NCBI GenBank assembly: GCA_951406725.2
Contig: OX597814.1
Coordinates: 94,054,001-94,118,000, forward strand
Length of the DNA: 64,000 bases
Source of the DNA: Octopus vulgaris
Lineage: Eukaryota
Reading direction: 5' to 3'
Shown: positions 1 through 12,644 of the stretch, piece after piece
Layout of the letters: the number at the start of each line of letters is the position of its first letter
Numbering within the stretch: position 1 is the first letter of the stretch
Translations under genes and position numbers: made by a program
The notes under the pieces: model-generated
Database searches by the model: none
Seen by the model: only the letters and a program-made list of their open reading frames with translations
What the model was told of the DNA's origin: nothing

Positions 1-590
1 AAGAGACACTGAAATATATATACACTCATACACTTACACACATATATTTACAGACAGATACAGAGTCATATACAAAATACGATGTCGTCGTTGTGGTATA
101 AAATGCCCTGTTGACAATAGAAAAATTGTCTTTATGAAATGTTATATTGTTTTAATCAAAATGAAAATAAATATATGTTTAATAACGTACCTAACGAGGA
201 AAGGCACTCACACTGTGAAGTAAATACACACTCATACTCACATACACAGTCATATACAAAATATGACGGCGTCGTCAGGTCGTCATATATATATGTGTGC
301 GTGTGTATGTCTGTCTGTCTGCCTGTCTGCCTGTCTGTGTAGATATGTGTGTTTAATAACGTACCGTTTCATATGTATACATATATATGTGTGTACATGT
401 GTATGTTTAATAGCGTAACTTGCGCCGAAAGACACACACTGACTATGAGATATGTACACACTTATAACCTTGCACACATACACTCACAGATAGATACACA
501 GTGATATACAAAATTTGATACGGTTTTCGTCGTGGTATAAATTGTCATGTTGACAATAGCAAGATTGCAGCGTTGCAAGATGTCGATAAG
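1..590. repeat. Degenerate minisatellite-like repeat (unit 'atacaaaat..gacgtcgtcg..ggtataaa.tgtc..'), also found inside the Helitron at 31750-32250
   Basis: Motif recurs at ~70, ~255 and ~505 and several times at 31870-32245. Confidence 0.45.
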
Positions 591-646
591 TCATTCAAGA
601 ACACACAAAAATCATTAGCTTCACTTGAACATTAAAATTTCATTTG

Positions 647-693
647 TGTCAAAATATATCCGTCGCTTTGAAACCGTGACCTGTTCACTGACA
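647..693 (-). ncRNA. Degenerate hammerhead-like motif with G3:C8 core variant (family D)
   Basis: Minus strand TGTCA-GTGAACA-G-GTCAC..GCGAC-GGAT-ATATTT-TGACA. Stems I and II are present; the GAAA box reads GGAT. Confidence 0.35.
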
Positions 694-909
694 AAAGATC
701 GTGTTGGATATGAGAAAGTAACAATTATTTCATGATATATATGTTTATGTATGTATGTTTGTATGTGTACGGATGTGACTAGACGTGTCTGCCTGTATAT
801 TTGTATATACAGGTAAATGTATGCTTATGTACTGATATGTGTGTCTGTTCAAGTTGCATATATCACTGTTACTCCGTGGAAGGCTGTATATATATATATA
901 TATATATAT

Positions 910-1205
910 CACGTGATCATGTGACCGACCAGACCATCAGATGTTGCTACACATCGCTGGTCACAATGCGTTCGCATTGTTTTAGCCTTTGAACGACGCC
1001 ACCCCGCTGGCTAAGCGAGCAGGCCAACAGAAGAAAGTGGGAGAAAGAGTGGTGAAAGAGTACAGCAGGGATCACCACCCCCTGCCGGAGCCTCGTGGAG
1101 CTTTTAGGTGTTTTCGCTCAATAAACACACACAACGCCCGGTCTGGGAATCGAAACCGCGATCCTCCGACCGCGAGTCCGCTGCCCTAACCACTGGGCCA
1201 TTGCG

Positions 1206-1209
<4 letters not shown>
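910..1209 (-). mobile_element. tRNA-derived SINE (family 1)
   Basis: Minus-strand head GAGGCGCAATGGCCCAGTGGTTAGGGCAGCGG...GGTTTCGATTCCC (A/B-box like); close second copy at 60702-61008 on +. Confidence 0.85.
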
Positions 1210-1290
<81 letters not shown>

Positions 1291-1513
1291 AATGTTCCGA
1301 TCACACGATGTAGGCCCTTGCTATGCACGTATAGCTCCGTAAATTGATAGTTATCTCTATGAAATATTATATTGTTTTAACCGAAATGCAAATAAAATTT
1401 CGTTTTGACACTGACCAGCCCTCACATACATATAGTGTGTTTAATAACTTACCTAATGTGAATAATGTACATAATTCCTCATCTTTTAGATATAAAATTG
1501 TAATATATATATA

Positions 1514-1908
1514 TACGTTTATATATTTGTTTTGCTAGATTCTTGATGTGAAATCGTGTGTTGAAACAGATGTTGTTGTATTTAGGAATGGTCATTTTGC
1601 CAGTTTAGCAAATAAAAACACACGCACTATATATTTGGTGTTAATTTGCTTCAGCTTTATTTATTTTTTACATTAATCTTAATTTCATTTCGGCCAGATT
1701 TCTTTCGTCACACTTCTCTGACGTCATCAGTGGTCCTTTGTTTTCTTTTTTCTTATATGTGTCTCTCCTTACTAACGGTCAGCCATTTTGTATCTTGTAT
1801 TCCTATTGTATGTGTCTTTATTTGCGCATGCGTATACCCTTATGTGTGTCTATGTTTAGTTAGTGTGGGTGTGTGGGGAAGTGCCTGTAATATTTGTATC
1901 TCCTGTTA
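1514..1908 (-). mobile_element. Inverted pseudo-LTR of the adjacent Penelope-like element (family A), HHR at 1692-1736
   Basis: Reverse complement of 4735-4954 plus downstream tail; shares the diagnostic stem-II 'cgtcagagaagtgtgac' with the 4910 copy. Confidence 0.85.
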
Positions 1909-1911
1909 GTG

Positions 1912-1949
<38 letters not shown>

Positions 1950-2150
1950 GGTGGTGGTAGTAGTAGTGGTGGTGGTGGTAACAGTAGAAGTGGTAATGAT
2001 GGTAGTAGTGGTAGTTGTGGTGGTGATAGAAATAGTAGTAGTAGTTGTAGTATTGTGGGGTGATAGTGGTAATATTGGTAGCAATAGTGGCGGTAGTAGT
2101 AGTGAGGTCGATGATGGTAACAGTAACGACAGTAGTAGTAGTAGCGGTAA
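1909..2150. repeat. (GTA)n/(GGT)n compound microsatellite
   Basis: Direct reading; gives the poly-V/S/G/T ORFs. Confidence 0.95.
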
Positions 2151-2478
2151 TGAAGAAGATAACCCTAGAAGGGCCAATACCCACCCCCTTGACACTCAGT
2201 TTTTCAACATATGTGACAAATCTTACAACATGAGCCGGATTTACCCGACAACATTACCATATAACAAAAGGGTCTGCATCCCAAGACATACTAATGACCA
2301 TATGGAAGCACAGTTCACTATAGCTAAGACAGATTTTAGAACTATACACTAAGAGACAGAGACAGAATAAGACAGAGGCCCAACAACTCGGGATTAAACC
2401 CGCATGTGGCCTATGTAAGCACATGCATCGCACGAGGAACGGAGAGGTGGTATCCTTTCCATAGATAAGTCCAGCAGG

Positions 2479-3651
2479 ATGTCACTAGACAGCTTATCAA
2501 ACTACATCCAGGCAATGCAACCTCATATTGCCAATACGAAAGTAACAACTTTACAGGCGCATGAAGAGAGAGAAAAGATCCTCAGCGCCCACATGATGAA
2601 ATGGACAATTATTCTTGGGCCCCAGAAACGCACAGCTAACAATTTCCAAGCCTACAAAGTAACCACTGATCCTGTAGCAGGACCACCAACAAGAACAGTC
2701 TGTGGAGCGAATATCGCTAGCAACTACAGGATCTCCTACTTCCTCTCAATGATTATACGCCCCATAATCCGGATGTCACCTGATGTTTGTGACAGCACGG
2801 AAGATCTCCTCAGCAGGATCAACGTCTGTAACAACACTTGTGACCTGACAGGATGTATAGTGGGTAACATGGATGTGGTATCTCTATACCCATCGATCGA
2901 CGTGGATTTTGCGGTGGAGAAGTGCGTGGAGATGATCAACGAGAGTGAGGTGGAGTTCCGCAATGTCAACACAGAGGAACTGGGCCTCCTACTTAGACTG
3001 ACATATGACAATGAATACCTAGATAAACACGATCTTAGTAGTTTCTGCCCCAGTAGACGTTTAAGAGGTACACCACCCACAATTACTTCTATGGCTAGGA
3101 AGACCCATATAGGGATGGAGCGGATGGACCACAGCCCCGCAAATGTCCACCAGGTAAAGAAAATGATCGCACATGCATTAGGAGCTAGTATAAGAGTTAC
3201 CCTAAAAGGCCACACGTTTAAGTTTAACAACAACATATATGCCCAGGACGAGGGGGCAGCCATCGGCATTAGTATCGCCGGTGATGTGGCCAACCTTTTC
3301 ATGGTATGGTGGGACAGAAGGCTTAAGGAACGCCTGACACAGAACTCCATACTCGTAAACATGTACTCTCGCTATGTTGATGCTATCAACATAGTGGTAA
3401 AGGCACCCTCACAAGAGAGTACTCTTAAAATAGAAATAGAAACTAATACTATGGAGAGAATCCAGCAAATAGCTAACTCCATCCACCAGAGTATTAAGGT
3501 CACGACAGACTACCCTATTAAACACCCTAACCATAGACTACCAGTACTAGACACAGAGCTCTGGCTGGAAACTGAGAATGATAAAACCCGAATCCTTCTT
3601 TCACACTATGCTAAACCTGTGGTCTCCAACTACTTGATCCACCGGAACTGA
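2479..3651 (+). pseudogene. PLE reverse transcriptase (premature stop; YVDD mutated to YVDA)
   Basis: Motifs GNMDVVSLYPSI, YAQDEGAAIGISIAGDVANLFM, YSRYVDAI, LPVLDTELW. Confidence 0.9.
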
Positions 3652-3935
3652 GCTATCGCGGACAATGCCAAATTCAATATTTTGATGACAGACCCCGACA
3701 GAATAATGCGAAATATGTCCCGCATGTGCGACCCCACAGAGGTGAAGAGACACCTACAACATTTCATTCACCGCATGCAGTTCTCAGGTTACAGCCATAA
3801 AGATACTATCATATGTAATGATAGGAATGGATATGCCCACTCTATAGGAGCAAGTCATGGAACACTATTGAAAGGACTAAGAAGAAAATAGGAAAGGCCA
3901 ACTCTTGGTATGATAGCCACAAATACCAGAGTGTC

Positions 3936-4445
3936 ATGTTCGTCGACACCACTCCTAGAGGCGAACTGGCTTACGGCTTTAGAAGGGCCCTAGACAAACT
4001 TACGCCAAGGATTAAGGTTGTTGAAAGGCCAGGCAACCCTATCAAATCCCTAATCGGTAGAACCTACCCTTTTAGTAGAACCCCCTGTACGGATAGGAAC
4101 TGTACTGTGTGTAGATTTAGCCCACAAACAAGCTGTAAAGCCAGAAATGTAGTCTATAGTATAAGATGTACTGAGGGACGATGCAGTAACAAGACAACGA
4201 CGTACGTAGGGGAAACGGAACGGAGCATAGGAGAGCGAGTAAAATGGACATTGGAGACAACTTAAGGAGGAAAAGAGCTCATCGGTTCTGTACCAGCACG
4301 CCAACCAGGAAAACGGGGGCTCACTCAACAACATAAAAGTTAAAATCTTGTCCTCACATAGAACAGACGCAACAATTAGACAAATTACGGAAGCTACATA
4401 CGTAATAGAATATAAACCTAGCCTGAATAGGAAACTGGAATGGAA
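3936..4445 (+). pseudogene. PLE Cys-linker and GIY-YIG endonuclease (frameshifted)
   Basis: PCTDRNCTVC linker; CKARNVVYSIRC...YVGETERSIGER; continues in another frame (HANQENG...RQITEATYVIEYKPSLNRKLEW). Confidence 0.85.
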
Positions 4446-4617
4446 CACTAGCACACACCCCCAACACACCACAGCATATGACAGAATAAGATCCTCATAA
4501 ACTGATAACAATATAAACAAAACTAAAAACATAATAAAATACACAGATAAATAAACAAATGGAAGTAAATAACTATATACATTAACAAAAAAATTGATTT
4601 TTACTAAATAAAACCAA

Positions 4618-4688
<71 letters not shown>

Positions 4689-4909
4689 GGTTTAAACACA
4701 TGAAGAAAATAAACAAAAACAAATTACACGAACGTGTATAAACAGGAGATACAAGTATTACAGGCACCACCCCCACACACACACACACTAACTAAACATA
4801 GACACACATCGGGATATACGCATGCACAAATAAAAACACATGCAATAGGAATACAAAATGGATGACCTTTAGTAAGGAGAGACACACAAATAAGAAAGAA
4901 GAAAACAAA

Positions 4910-4954
4910 GGACCACTGATGACGTCAGAGAAGTGTGACGAAAGAACTCTGGCC
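4910..4954 (+). ncRNA. Minimal type-I hammerhead ribozyme (family A)
   Basis: GGACCA-CTGATGA-C-GTCA(gagaagtg)TGAC-GAAA-GAAC-TC/TGGCC; core intact, CUC cleavage triplet. Confidence 0.75.
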
Positions 4955-4984
4955 ATATCTGAAGGTTTTAACAATTCTTTGCAT

Positions 4985-5095
4985 TATGGGCAGGAGACCT
5001 AAAATTTAGAGGTGACAGTGTAGGCGATTTTATCAACCCTAGTACTTATTCTATTGATGCCGAGAATACGAAAGTCAAAGTCGACCTCGGCAACG
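4985..5095 (-). mobile_element. SINE fragment (family 3, 'aaagtcgacctcggc' domain)
   Basis: Matches copies at 15716-15920 and 33070-33270. Confidence 0.6.
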
Positions 5096-5240
5096 TTTCC
5101 AGTACGTCGAGCTTTTGGAATATCATCCTTCTATGCGTCTTTCTCGCGGGTGACCACATGGAACGATTATAGCAGAACCTTAACTGCACGAACCACACCG
5201 GTCTCAAATAAAATCAATGGGTACTGCGATTTTTCTAAGA

Positions 5241-5293
<53 letters not shown>

Positions 5294-5346
5294 GTTTAAA
5301 TATTTGTTGTGCAAGATTTTTTATGTGAAGTCGTGTGTTGAAACAG

Positions 5347-5759
5347 ATATTGTTATATTTCGGAATGGTCATATTGCCAGTTTAGCCAATAAAAACACAC
5401 GCACTATATATTTGGTGTTATTTTGCTTCAGTGTTATTTATTTTTACATTAATCTTAATCTTATTTCGGCCAGAGTTCTTTCGTCACACTCCTGTGACCG
5501 CATCAGTGGTCCTTTGTTTTCTTCTTACTTATTTGTGTCTCTCCTTACTAACCGTGAGACGGTTAGTAAGGAGAGACACAAATAAGTAAGAAGAAAACAA
5601 AGGACCACTGATGCGGTCACAGGAGTGTGACGAAAGAACTCTGGCCGAAATAAGATTAAGATTAATGTAAAAATAAATAACACTGAAGCAAAATAACACC
5701 AAATATATAGTGCGTGTGTTTTTATTGGCTAAACTGGCAATATGACCATTCCGAAATAT

Positions 5760-5767
<8 letters not shown>
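5347..5767. repeat. Perfect palindrome (209-bp arms, 3-nt loop GAG at 5556-5558) of pseudo-LTR family A; left arm continues to ~5290
   Basis: Arms are reverse complements; ORFs 5217..5585(+) and 5529..5804(-) give identical peptides across the arms. Confidence 0.95.
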
Positions 5768-5800
<33 letters not shown>

Positions 5801-5849
5801 ACACACATGCGCACTCAGAGAGACGTGTATGCAGGTTTGAATGTGCTTT

Positions 5850-6082
5850 CCGAGCCGTAGGTTACTAAGGCCGTTTCCGCGGATTCTGTGGTGTATATGT
5901 ACTTATGCCAGGACGGGACGCTAGTCTGTTGCAGGATTACTCATTTTTTCCAACTGAAAGGACTGGAGGAACGTGAAATAAAGTGTTTTGCGCAAGTTCT
6001 TAACGCATCACCCGGTCTAGGTAGCGAAACAATATTCTTTCGATTTTGAGTGCCCTACATTAACCACGAAGCCACGTGCCTA
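5850..6082 (-). mobile_element. tRNA-derived SINE (family 4), degenerate
   Basis: Related to the + copy at 57778-58032 (tttcacgttgctccagtcc..., cgtcccgtcc). Confidence 0.6.
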
Positions 6083-6087
6083 TACGA

Positions 6088-6318
6088 ATTTCACGTTGCT
6101 CCAGTCCACTCCGGTGGTAAAAATGAGTAGAACTTGAATTTCAAAGGGTCAGGCTTGTCACACGTTGTGTTATGACAATCTGAATCTCTCTGAGAACTAC
6201 ATTAAGAGTACACGGACTGCAGAGTGCTCAGCCACTTGCACGTTAATTTCTCGCGCAGGCTTTCCTATTTGATCGCATCAACTGAAATACTCGTCGTCGT
6301 AACCTACAGGTTACCAGA
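6088..6318 (+). mobile_element. 5'-truncated SINE fragment starting 'atttcacgttgctccagtccact'
   Basis: Shares its central segment with the 57778 SINE but has a different tail. Confidence 0.5.
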
Positions 6319-6491
6319 GGGACTGTATGTATGTATGTATGTATGTATGTATGTATGTATGTATGTATGTATGTATGTATGTATGTATGTATGTATGTAT
6401 GCATATGTGTGTACGTAAGTGTGTGTATGCGTATATGTATGTGTGTACGTATATGTTTGCATTTGTGTGTATGTGTGTGTGTATGTACTTG

Positions 6492-6775
6492 TGCAGATTT
6501 GTATGTTTTGTTTTATGCGTGTCTTCTCATGCATATAGTTGCATATCTAGGCATGCTCATATATACTTAAATGATAAACTTCTGGAAGGTTTTACAGATT
6601 TTTGCAGTTCCAGTGATGACTTGCAGCTGCAGTCTTCGAATCAGCTTTCTCTTTACTGGTTTGAGAAGCCTAATTTCTCAAGGTTGGTACTGAGATAGTA
6701 TATTACACATCCCAGTGCCGCAAGTATAACAGGCTTAAACCTGAACTTGTAATCTGGATAGAATAACTGCAAATT
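6492..6775 (-). mobile_element. 3' end of R4/Dong-like RLE LINE
   Basis: Minus strand encodes LEKLGFSNQ..KLIRRLQ..TGT.KICKTFQKFII*; homologous to 62670-62895 and 36100-36300. Confidence 0.65.
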
Positions 6776-6794
6776 TATTTATGTACGTATGTAT

Positions 6795-6967
<173 letters not shown>

Positions 6968-6970
<3 letters not shown>

Positions 6971-7812
6971 GTTAAAAGGTTCCACGACTAATTTTGTAGC
7001 GCACCACCAGATGGCAGCACATAGCTTGTATGTAGGAAGAGCTAGCAGTAACCTTCATGACGCTATGTTTACATAGCATGTTGTGAAATTTGTGTTTCTG
7101 TGATCACGTGTATGCTGTAGTCTTCGACTTTACCAATGGCAAACACAAAGAACCAACGCCAAATTTTGCGTTAAACTTGCGAAGTCTGCTACAGAGACAA
7201 TATTACGGCAACGAGGCAAAGAGTTGTATGCAATGTTTCTCGTGCACGGACGCTTCAAAATGGGAAGAACGTCCTTGGAAGGGGATGAGCGATATGGAAG
7301 AGCTGTCATGTGCGTACTCCCAGAAATGTGGTATTGTGCATCGAAAAGTTGTCCGCAATGGCCAGATCCTCAATCGAGAGTTCCACTGCTTAGTGTTGAA
7401 GCATTTGAAGGAGGACATTCGGCGAAAGCGACCGGGTCTGTGCAGCGCGATCTATGCAGGTCTCCTCACTCGTGATTTTTTTGCCAAAAAATAACATTGT
7501 ATTGCTTCCACACCCTCCCAATTCACCAGATTTAGCATCTGCAGACTTCCTTCTCTTCACCAAGATGAAAATGCAGCTCAAAGGTCACCGTTTTAACACT
7601 GTTGGTCGAGATTAAGAGCGAATCACAGAAGGTCCTCGACTCGTTTACGTAAAGCAACTTTCAGGCCGGATCCACAAAGTGGTAGGAACGCTGGTATCGG
7701 CGCATTATTGCTACGCAAGGTGACTATTTCTAAGGAAAGTATTGTAAAACTTAAGTAAGTTATTTTATTATTAAACTTAACTAGTCCGGGAACTTTTTGA
7801 TACCACATCGTA
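6968..7812 (+). mobile_element. Internally deleted mariner transposon
   Basis: Fragments HGRFKMGRTSLEGDERYGR, GIVHRKVVRNGQILNREF..LKEDIRRKRP, HPPNSPDLASADFLLFTKMKMQLKGHRF; right TIR agtccgggaactttttgataccacatcg-TA. Confidence 0.85.
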
Positions 7813-8439
7813 TGTTAGGTGTAATGCAATTCTTGTAAAACTGACGTATGGTCGGATCGTCAGCGAGTAACTCCGCAGCAAAACTTTTTAACAAAGAGGG
7901 TGATGTTCCTTGGACACTTCGCCGGACGAAAAACAAGAACTTTTAAAGGGCAGATGAACTTAATAGAGTCAATGGCTATCAAATATCTGGGTATGGAAGA
8001 ACCCTAGTCTTTCTTGAGGCATCTATCTAGAAAGAAAATTTTGATGTAATTCTTGCTACATCGTTTGTATCCAATTATGTAAACCAGTGTTTTTGGGCAA
8101 ATTCATGCCTTGTTTATAGAGTGCAATTGGACCAGCGTGAAAACTTTCTTCTCATTAAAAGTATGAAACATAGGTTTCACTTGGTTTTTGGCATCTCTAT
8201 TTACTTTTCTGTTATGCATTGCATATTATGGCTCGTTACAGGCAAGAAAGGCAAAGCACTCACTAAAAAATTCCCTGATAGAATAAAGGCATGATTCTGG
8301 GCGTTAAGCTCTCTCAATACCAGCTACCAAAAACGCCCAACGTTGCTACATTTTTGCAGGACGGCAAAACCACAGCCGATGTGTTCATACTTAACAGAGC
8401 AATACAACAATGTCATTCTCGCATTCGAGTTGGAGCCAT

Positions 8440-8810
8440 CATATATGAATGTAGTACGATTATTAAAAATGTGTAATAAGAAAATTATATACGATTCATA
8501 GGTGTACTACGAATAATATACATGAGTCTGAATGACAAATCAGATATATCTTATATTACAAGAAAATTTCAACTATCGTGTTTTATTAGTATAACATATC
8601 CCGTAGAGATTGTAACATGAGGATGAAATCTTATGAAGATTTAACTCTCTAGTATGTAGCATCAGATACCAACTTGAAAAATATTCAATAATTACATGAC
8701 TCTGTTCCACACGCCTCAATCTAATAAGTATGATTGTGAATATTTATAGTTAATGGTGAGTTGTAAATCTCCCACTGAAGACGCGAGGAGTTGAGATTCA
8801 AGACTTCAAA
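8440..8810 (+). mobile_element. Possible highly decayed PLE GIY-YIG/3' end
   Basis: Weak C-terminal resemblance, followed by 'cccaCTGAAGAcgcgaggag' at ~8770. Confidence 0.25.
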
Positions 8811-10332
8811 AATTTACTTTACGTTCTTTTTTAATACCTTACTGTCTTTATTGTAATTATTTTTTGTGCTGCTTCTTTTAGCAATGATTTTATATGCTAT
8901 TCAGATGCTTTTGATTTCAAATCATTTCTAGTTAGTTTTATGAAGATATTTGTTCTTCTTACTGGCCTGAATTGTTCAAGCCAATACACATTAATGCTAC
9001 GCTATCATATTTTTCATCGTCCATAAACAGGTGACATTCTAGTAGTAAATGCATAATTTAATATTTTTGATTTTCCATTTCATAAACGGTCATTCGTTAG
9101 TCATGTATACTGTGCTACACTCTGTTTTTATCTTTTTTTTTGTAGCAGTCACTCTTAGATACGTAACTGGATATAATTTATCTTGGGGCAAGTAATCCAG
9201 GCAAGTCTGTCTCTCTCGAAGGTATAATTAAAAGAAAATCTGAACTAATATCAGTCAATTGATCTGAGCCCTTGATGTTGTTTACAGTGCTCAGATGTTG
9301 TTTACTATTTCTACAGCTATAGCACCTTCTTTGAGATTTATTGATTGAGTGGTCTAACAGTAGCCCATGCATCCTACTATAGAAATCAATATTTGACACA
9401 TGAAAAATTACCGGCAAATTAATCTGTTGATATCGTTTGCACCTGGTTGTAGGTTATATAAGTCAATCCCATAAAAAAAACTCTCTTTTTTACTAACTAC
9501 ATCCAAAGAAAGAACCGAACTGAGCGCTGCAAGGTAAAAAGAAATACACCAGTAGGTGCATTGTAAATCTTATTGCTAGTTGCAGTAATACGTATAGTAA
9601 ATTGATGCATCAAGAAGTAAAAAAAAAATGTTTGCTCAGAGCATAGAACAGTATCGTTCATGGAGAATAAATAAACACTCTTGTAAGTAATTATATTACT
9701 AGAGTCGTATTACCGTGTAATCTGTGATAGTCAAAACACGGAATCAAATATAAATGCTCGAACTTTCTCCTTGACTGAAACGTAGATATAATTACGACGC
9801 AATGATATTTTCTTTGAATATAAAGAAATAAGAAGAGAACATAAATATCAAATCAGATACTCCGAAGAAGAAACTGGCATTGTCCACGATAGCGTGTTTC
9901 AAAGTTAGCAACTAACGACGCAAATAATGCATACCAAACAAGGTATGCAATTAAAATAGATCACTTAAATGTTAAACTATTGAAGCAGAATATCATGAAT
10001 GGTGCAAATAGTTCTTTATATCTATGTATACTCCTCTTCCATTCTCTAATTCTGTGTCTTTCTTCACTCTATATTTTCTTTATTCGTTTTATCTCGTCAC
10101 ACTTTTCTGTCTCTCACACTTTTCTGTCTCGCTCTCTCTCTCTCCTCTCTTTATCTCTTTATCTCTTTTCTCACTATCCCTCACTCTCTTTCTCTCTCTC
10201 TCTCTCTCTCTGATATCAACACTGGATTACTCGATGCTACTATAAATGAAATTGAGCTTGTATTCAGACATGCAAACAAATATAAACATACACACACATA
10301 TGCACACTTACATGCTAGCACACATACACATA

Positions 10333-10740
10333 TCTCTATATATATAAACGACAGTTTGTCTGTCTGCGTGTCTGTGTGGCTGTCAGGTTGTACCCTCACC
10401 CTGACCACGGCTTTAAACCGATTCTGATGAAACTTGACACACACATAGCCCAATGTCATAATTGAAAACTAACGCAGCGAAAATTTTGAAAAGTTCCCCC
10501 AGTTCTGAAAAAAATTGATAAATTCGACATGGGGTCGAGAATCTAAGCTTTTTATATGCAACACATTTTCTGTCGGGAGACAGCTAGGAACATCGTATAC
10601 ATAGAATTATTCGAGTGAAGAGAAGACATTGCAACCTACACATGCGCCTTCGTTCCCTAGAGGGAAAGAACTAGATTGGGATTAGTCGTTGCCTACTAGG
10701 GGCTCTTACATACCCGGGCAACGCCGGGCTATGCTGCTAG
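10333..10740 (+). mobile_element. Non-autonomous Helitron
   Basis: A|TC start (tctctatatatataaa), 3' hairpin cccgg-gcaacg-ccggg at 10713-10728, CTAG|T end, no TSD. Confidence 0.85.
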
Positions 10741-11869
10741 TGTACTCTAAAATACATGCACATTCGGACGCGCACACTCATACGCGCACGCTCATACGCG
10801 CACACTCATACGCGCACACACGCAAATGCACACATATAAACATATGCATGGCTATATGGTTGCGCGGTTCAGATGTGTTATTCAGATTGGGATGATTCCG
10901 GTTTCAATTCAAGTGCGCGTCATTTTGACGACTACATTAACGGGAGAGTTCAGTAACCGGAAATTGCAAAAGCCCAATTACCCACACTCATATGTAGGTG
11001 CGTCTTCCTGTTTATGCTATGTCTCTTTATGTATAATAAAACAACGTTACGTCAATCAGATTTCCATAAATTACATAGGAACATGAAATATGGACGGGAC
11101 TCGAGAACATCGACTTAAACGTTTGAAGACAATGCCTCGTAGACCCAGTCAAGTGACTGATAGAGATAATGGTATAACCAGTAACGGCTTGTGTTTAGGC
11201 CCCGCGGAATTGCAGCACCCGCTAATCCCACTCGATATTATCGATAACATTAAATATAATGAGTCCTTTTTCCTTTAATTATTTCTTCATATTTATACAT
11301 TATACAATTCTTAAGCTTAATGTCAGTAGCCATCCCCTAGTTTATAAAAAAATGCAAAAATCTTTGTATACAACTGTGCGCTTCACAATTCCAGCGACGC
11401 GGTGTTTGGCTGTAGTGCGCCTGCTCACGTGTCCGAGATAGGAAGCTTCACGCTAGGGGGAGAGAGTACTGGCTTTCACACAGTGTCGATCCCGGTATGC
11501 TGGTGAAAGGCAATGTTTCTTTCTGACTCCGCGTGTGTTATGCTTAAAACGTGTTTATATTCTTGAATGTGATGAAGTGTAGGATTAGATTCATATCCTG
11601 CTTCCAGCTTTAGTGTTGCTGCCAGGATTTGTAAAATACGGTACATTTCCCCACAGCCTTATTTCGTAATTTCGGGCGGATTTTTGAAAAACAAGAGGCA
11701 ATTCACAATTGTGTTCAGTGAACAAATTAAACACGCTACCCGCAAGTGGCTAAAACGCGAACCGATCTAGCTTACATATAAATTTTGTTATGTTTGTTTC
11801 CTTTTACACAATACTAATACAACGGCTAAAAAGACATCACATACACACACACATACATACATTAAGTCA

Positions 11870-12036
11870 CCATGCTTGATCGCTAAGTTCCTAAGTTTTT
11901 TTTTATTCTCTGTTTATTTTTATTTTTCCTTTCTGTTGAAGAGCGTAGGCTCGAAATGTAAAAGATTTTCCCACTTTTCCGAGCTAATATGCCTGCTTGT
12001 TGTTCACACACCTTGTTTTTCTATAAATTTCAACTA
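11870..12036 (+). mobile_element. PLE pseudo-LTR-like repeat family C with HHR-like motif at 11929-11964
   Basis: CTTT-CTGTTGA-A-GAGC(gtag)GCTC-GAAA-TG-TA/AAAG; homologous to both arms at 33688-34335. Confidence 0.65.
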
Positions 12037-12644
12037 TATATATATAAAATTCTCAGAATGGTCTGTCAGTCTATTATCGCCGGTACCAAATTTCGTTTGA
12101 TGGTTGAAAATTACTTTCAGCTTACCACTAGCGACTGCATTTAACTATTAAGTTTCCATGCAGTATGAACACTAGAAATTTCCTCTTGTTCTTCGGTTAT
12201 GACACACTTCTGTATTCGTTCACTAATACCTACATACATTTTTAATACCAGAAGACCTGCAGTAAATGTGAAACCCTGTTTCGCACAAGAAATCTGATAC
12301 GACTGAGGTATGTGCGATGTGTTACAGTACTGTTAACGCAGACTCACATTCTACTGTTTCCACATCTAGACAATTTTAACAAATTAAAATTTCTATGTTT
12401 AATACATCTGAAATGCTAACACTCAACTTATTTAGCATACATAACATGGATACATGGATTAAGCAGCTATGTACAGATATTGCTCTGTGGTTAAGAAGCT
12501 TGCTTGTGATTACGTGCTTTCAGGTTCAGTCCCAGTGCAGGATACCTTAGGCTAGTGGCCTGTAACAGAATTTGGTAGACAATATAATATATATACAGTT
12601 CGAAGACTACAGATGCAATCCATCACTAAAACTTTAAAAATCTT

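Larger units (their letters stand above)
2150..4954 (+). mobile_element. Penelope-like retroelement (probably Neptune-type), 5'-truncated and disabled
   Basis: RT, then Cys-rich linker, GIY-YIG endonuclease, 3' UTR and HHR-bearing pseudo-LTR. Confidence 0.9.

Noticed and set aside
2736-3362. 208-aa antisense ORF (also 23463-24290 and 46280-46705)
   Set aside because: Shadow frames opposite retroelement RT coding sequence
7920-8400. Possible L1/Tx1-like remnant (IKYLG motif)
   Set aside because: Too degraded to assign
9178-9450. 79-aa minus-strand ORF, possible exon or BEL/Pao remnant
   Set aside because: Only faint motif resemblance; no supportable splice structure or domain
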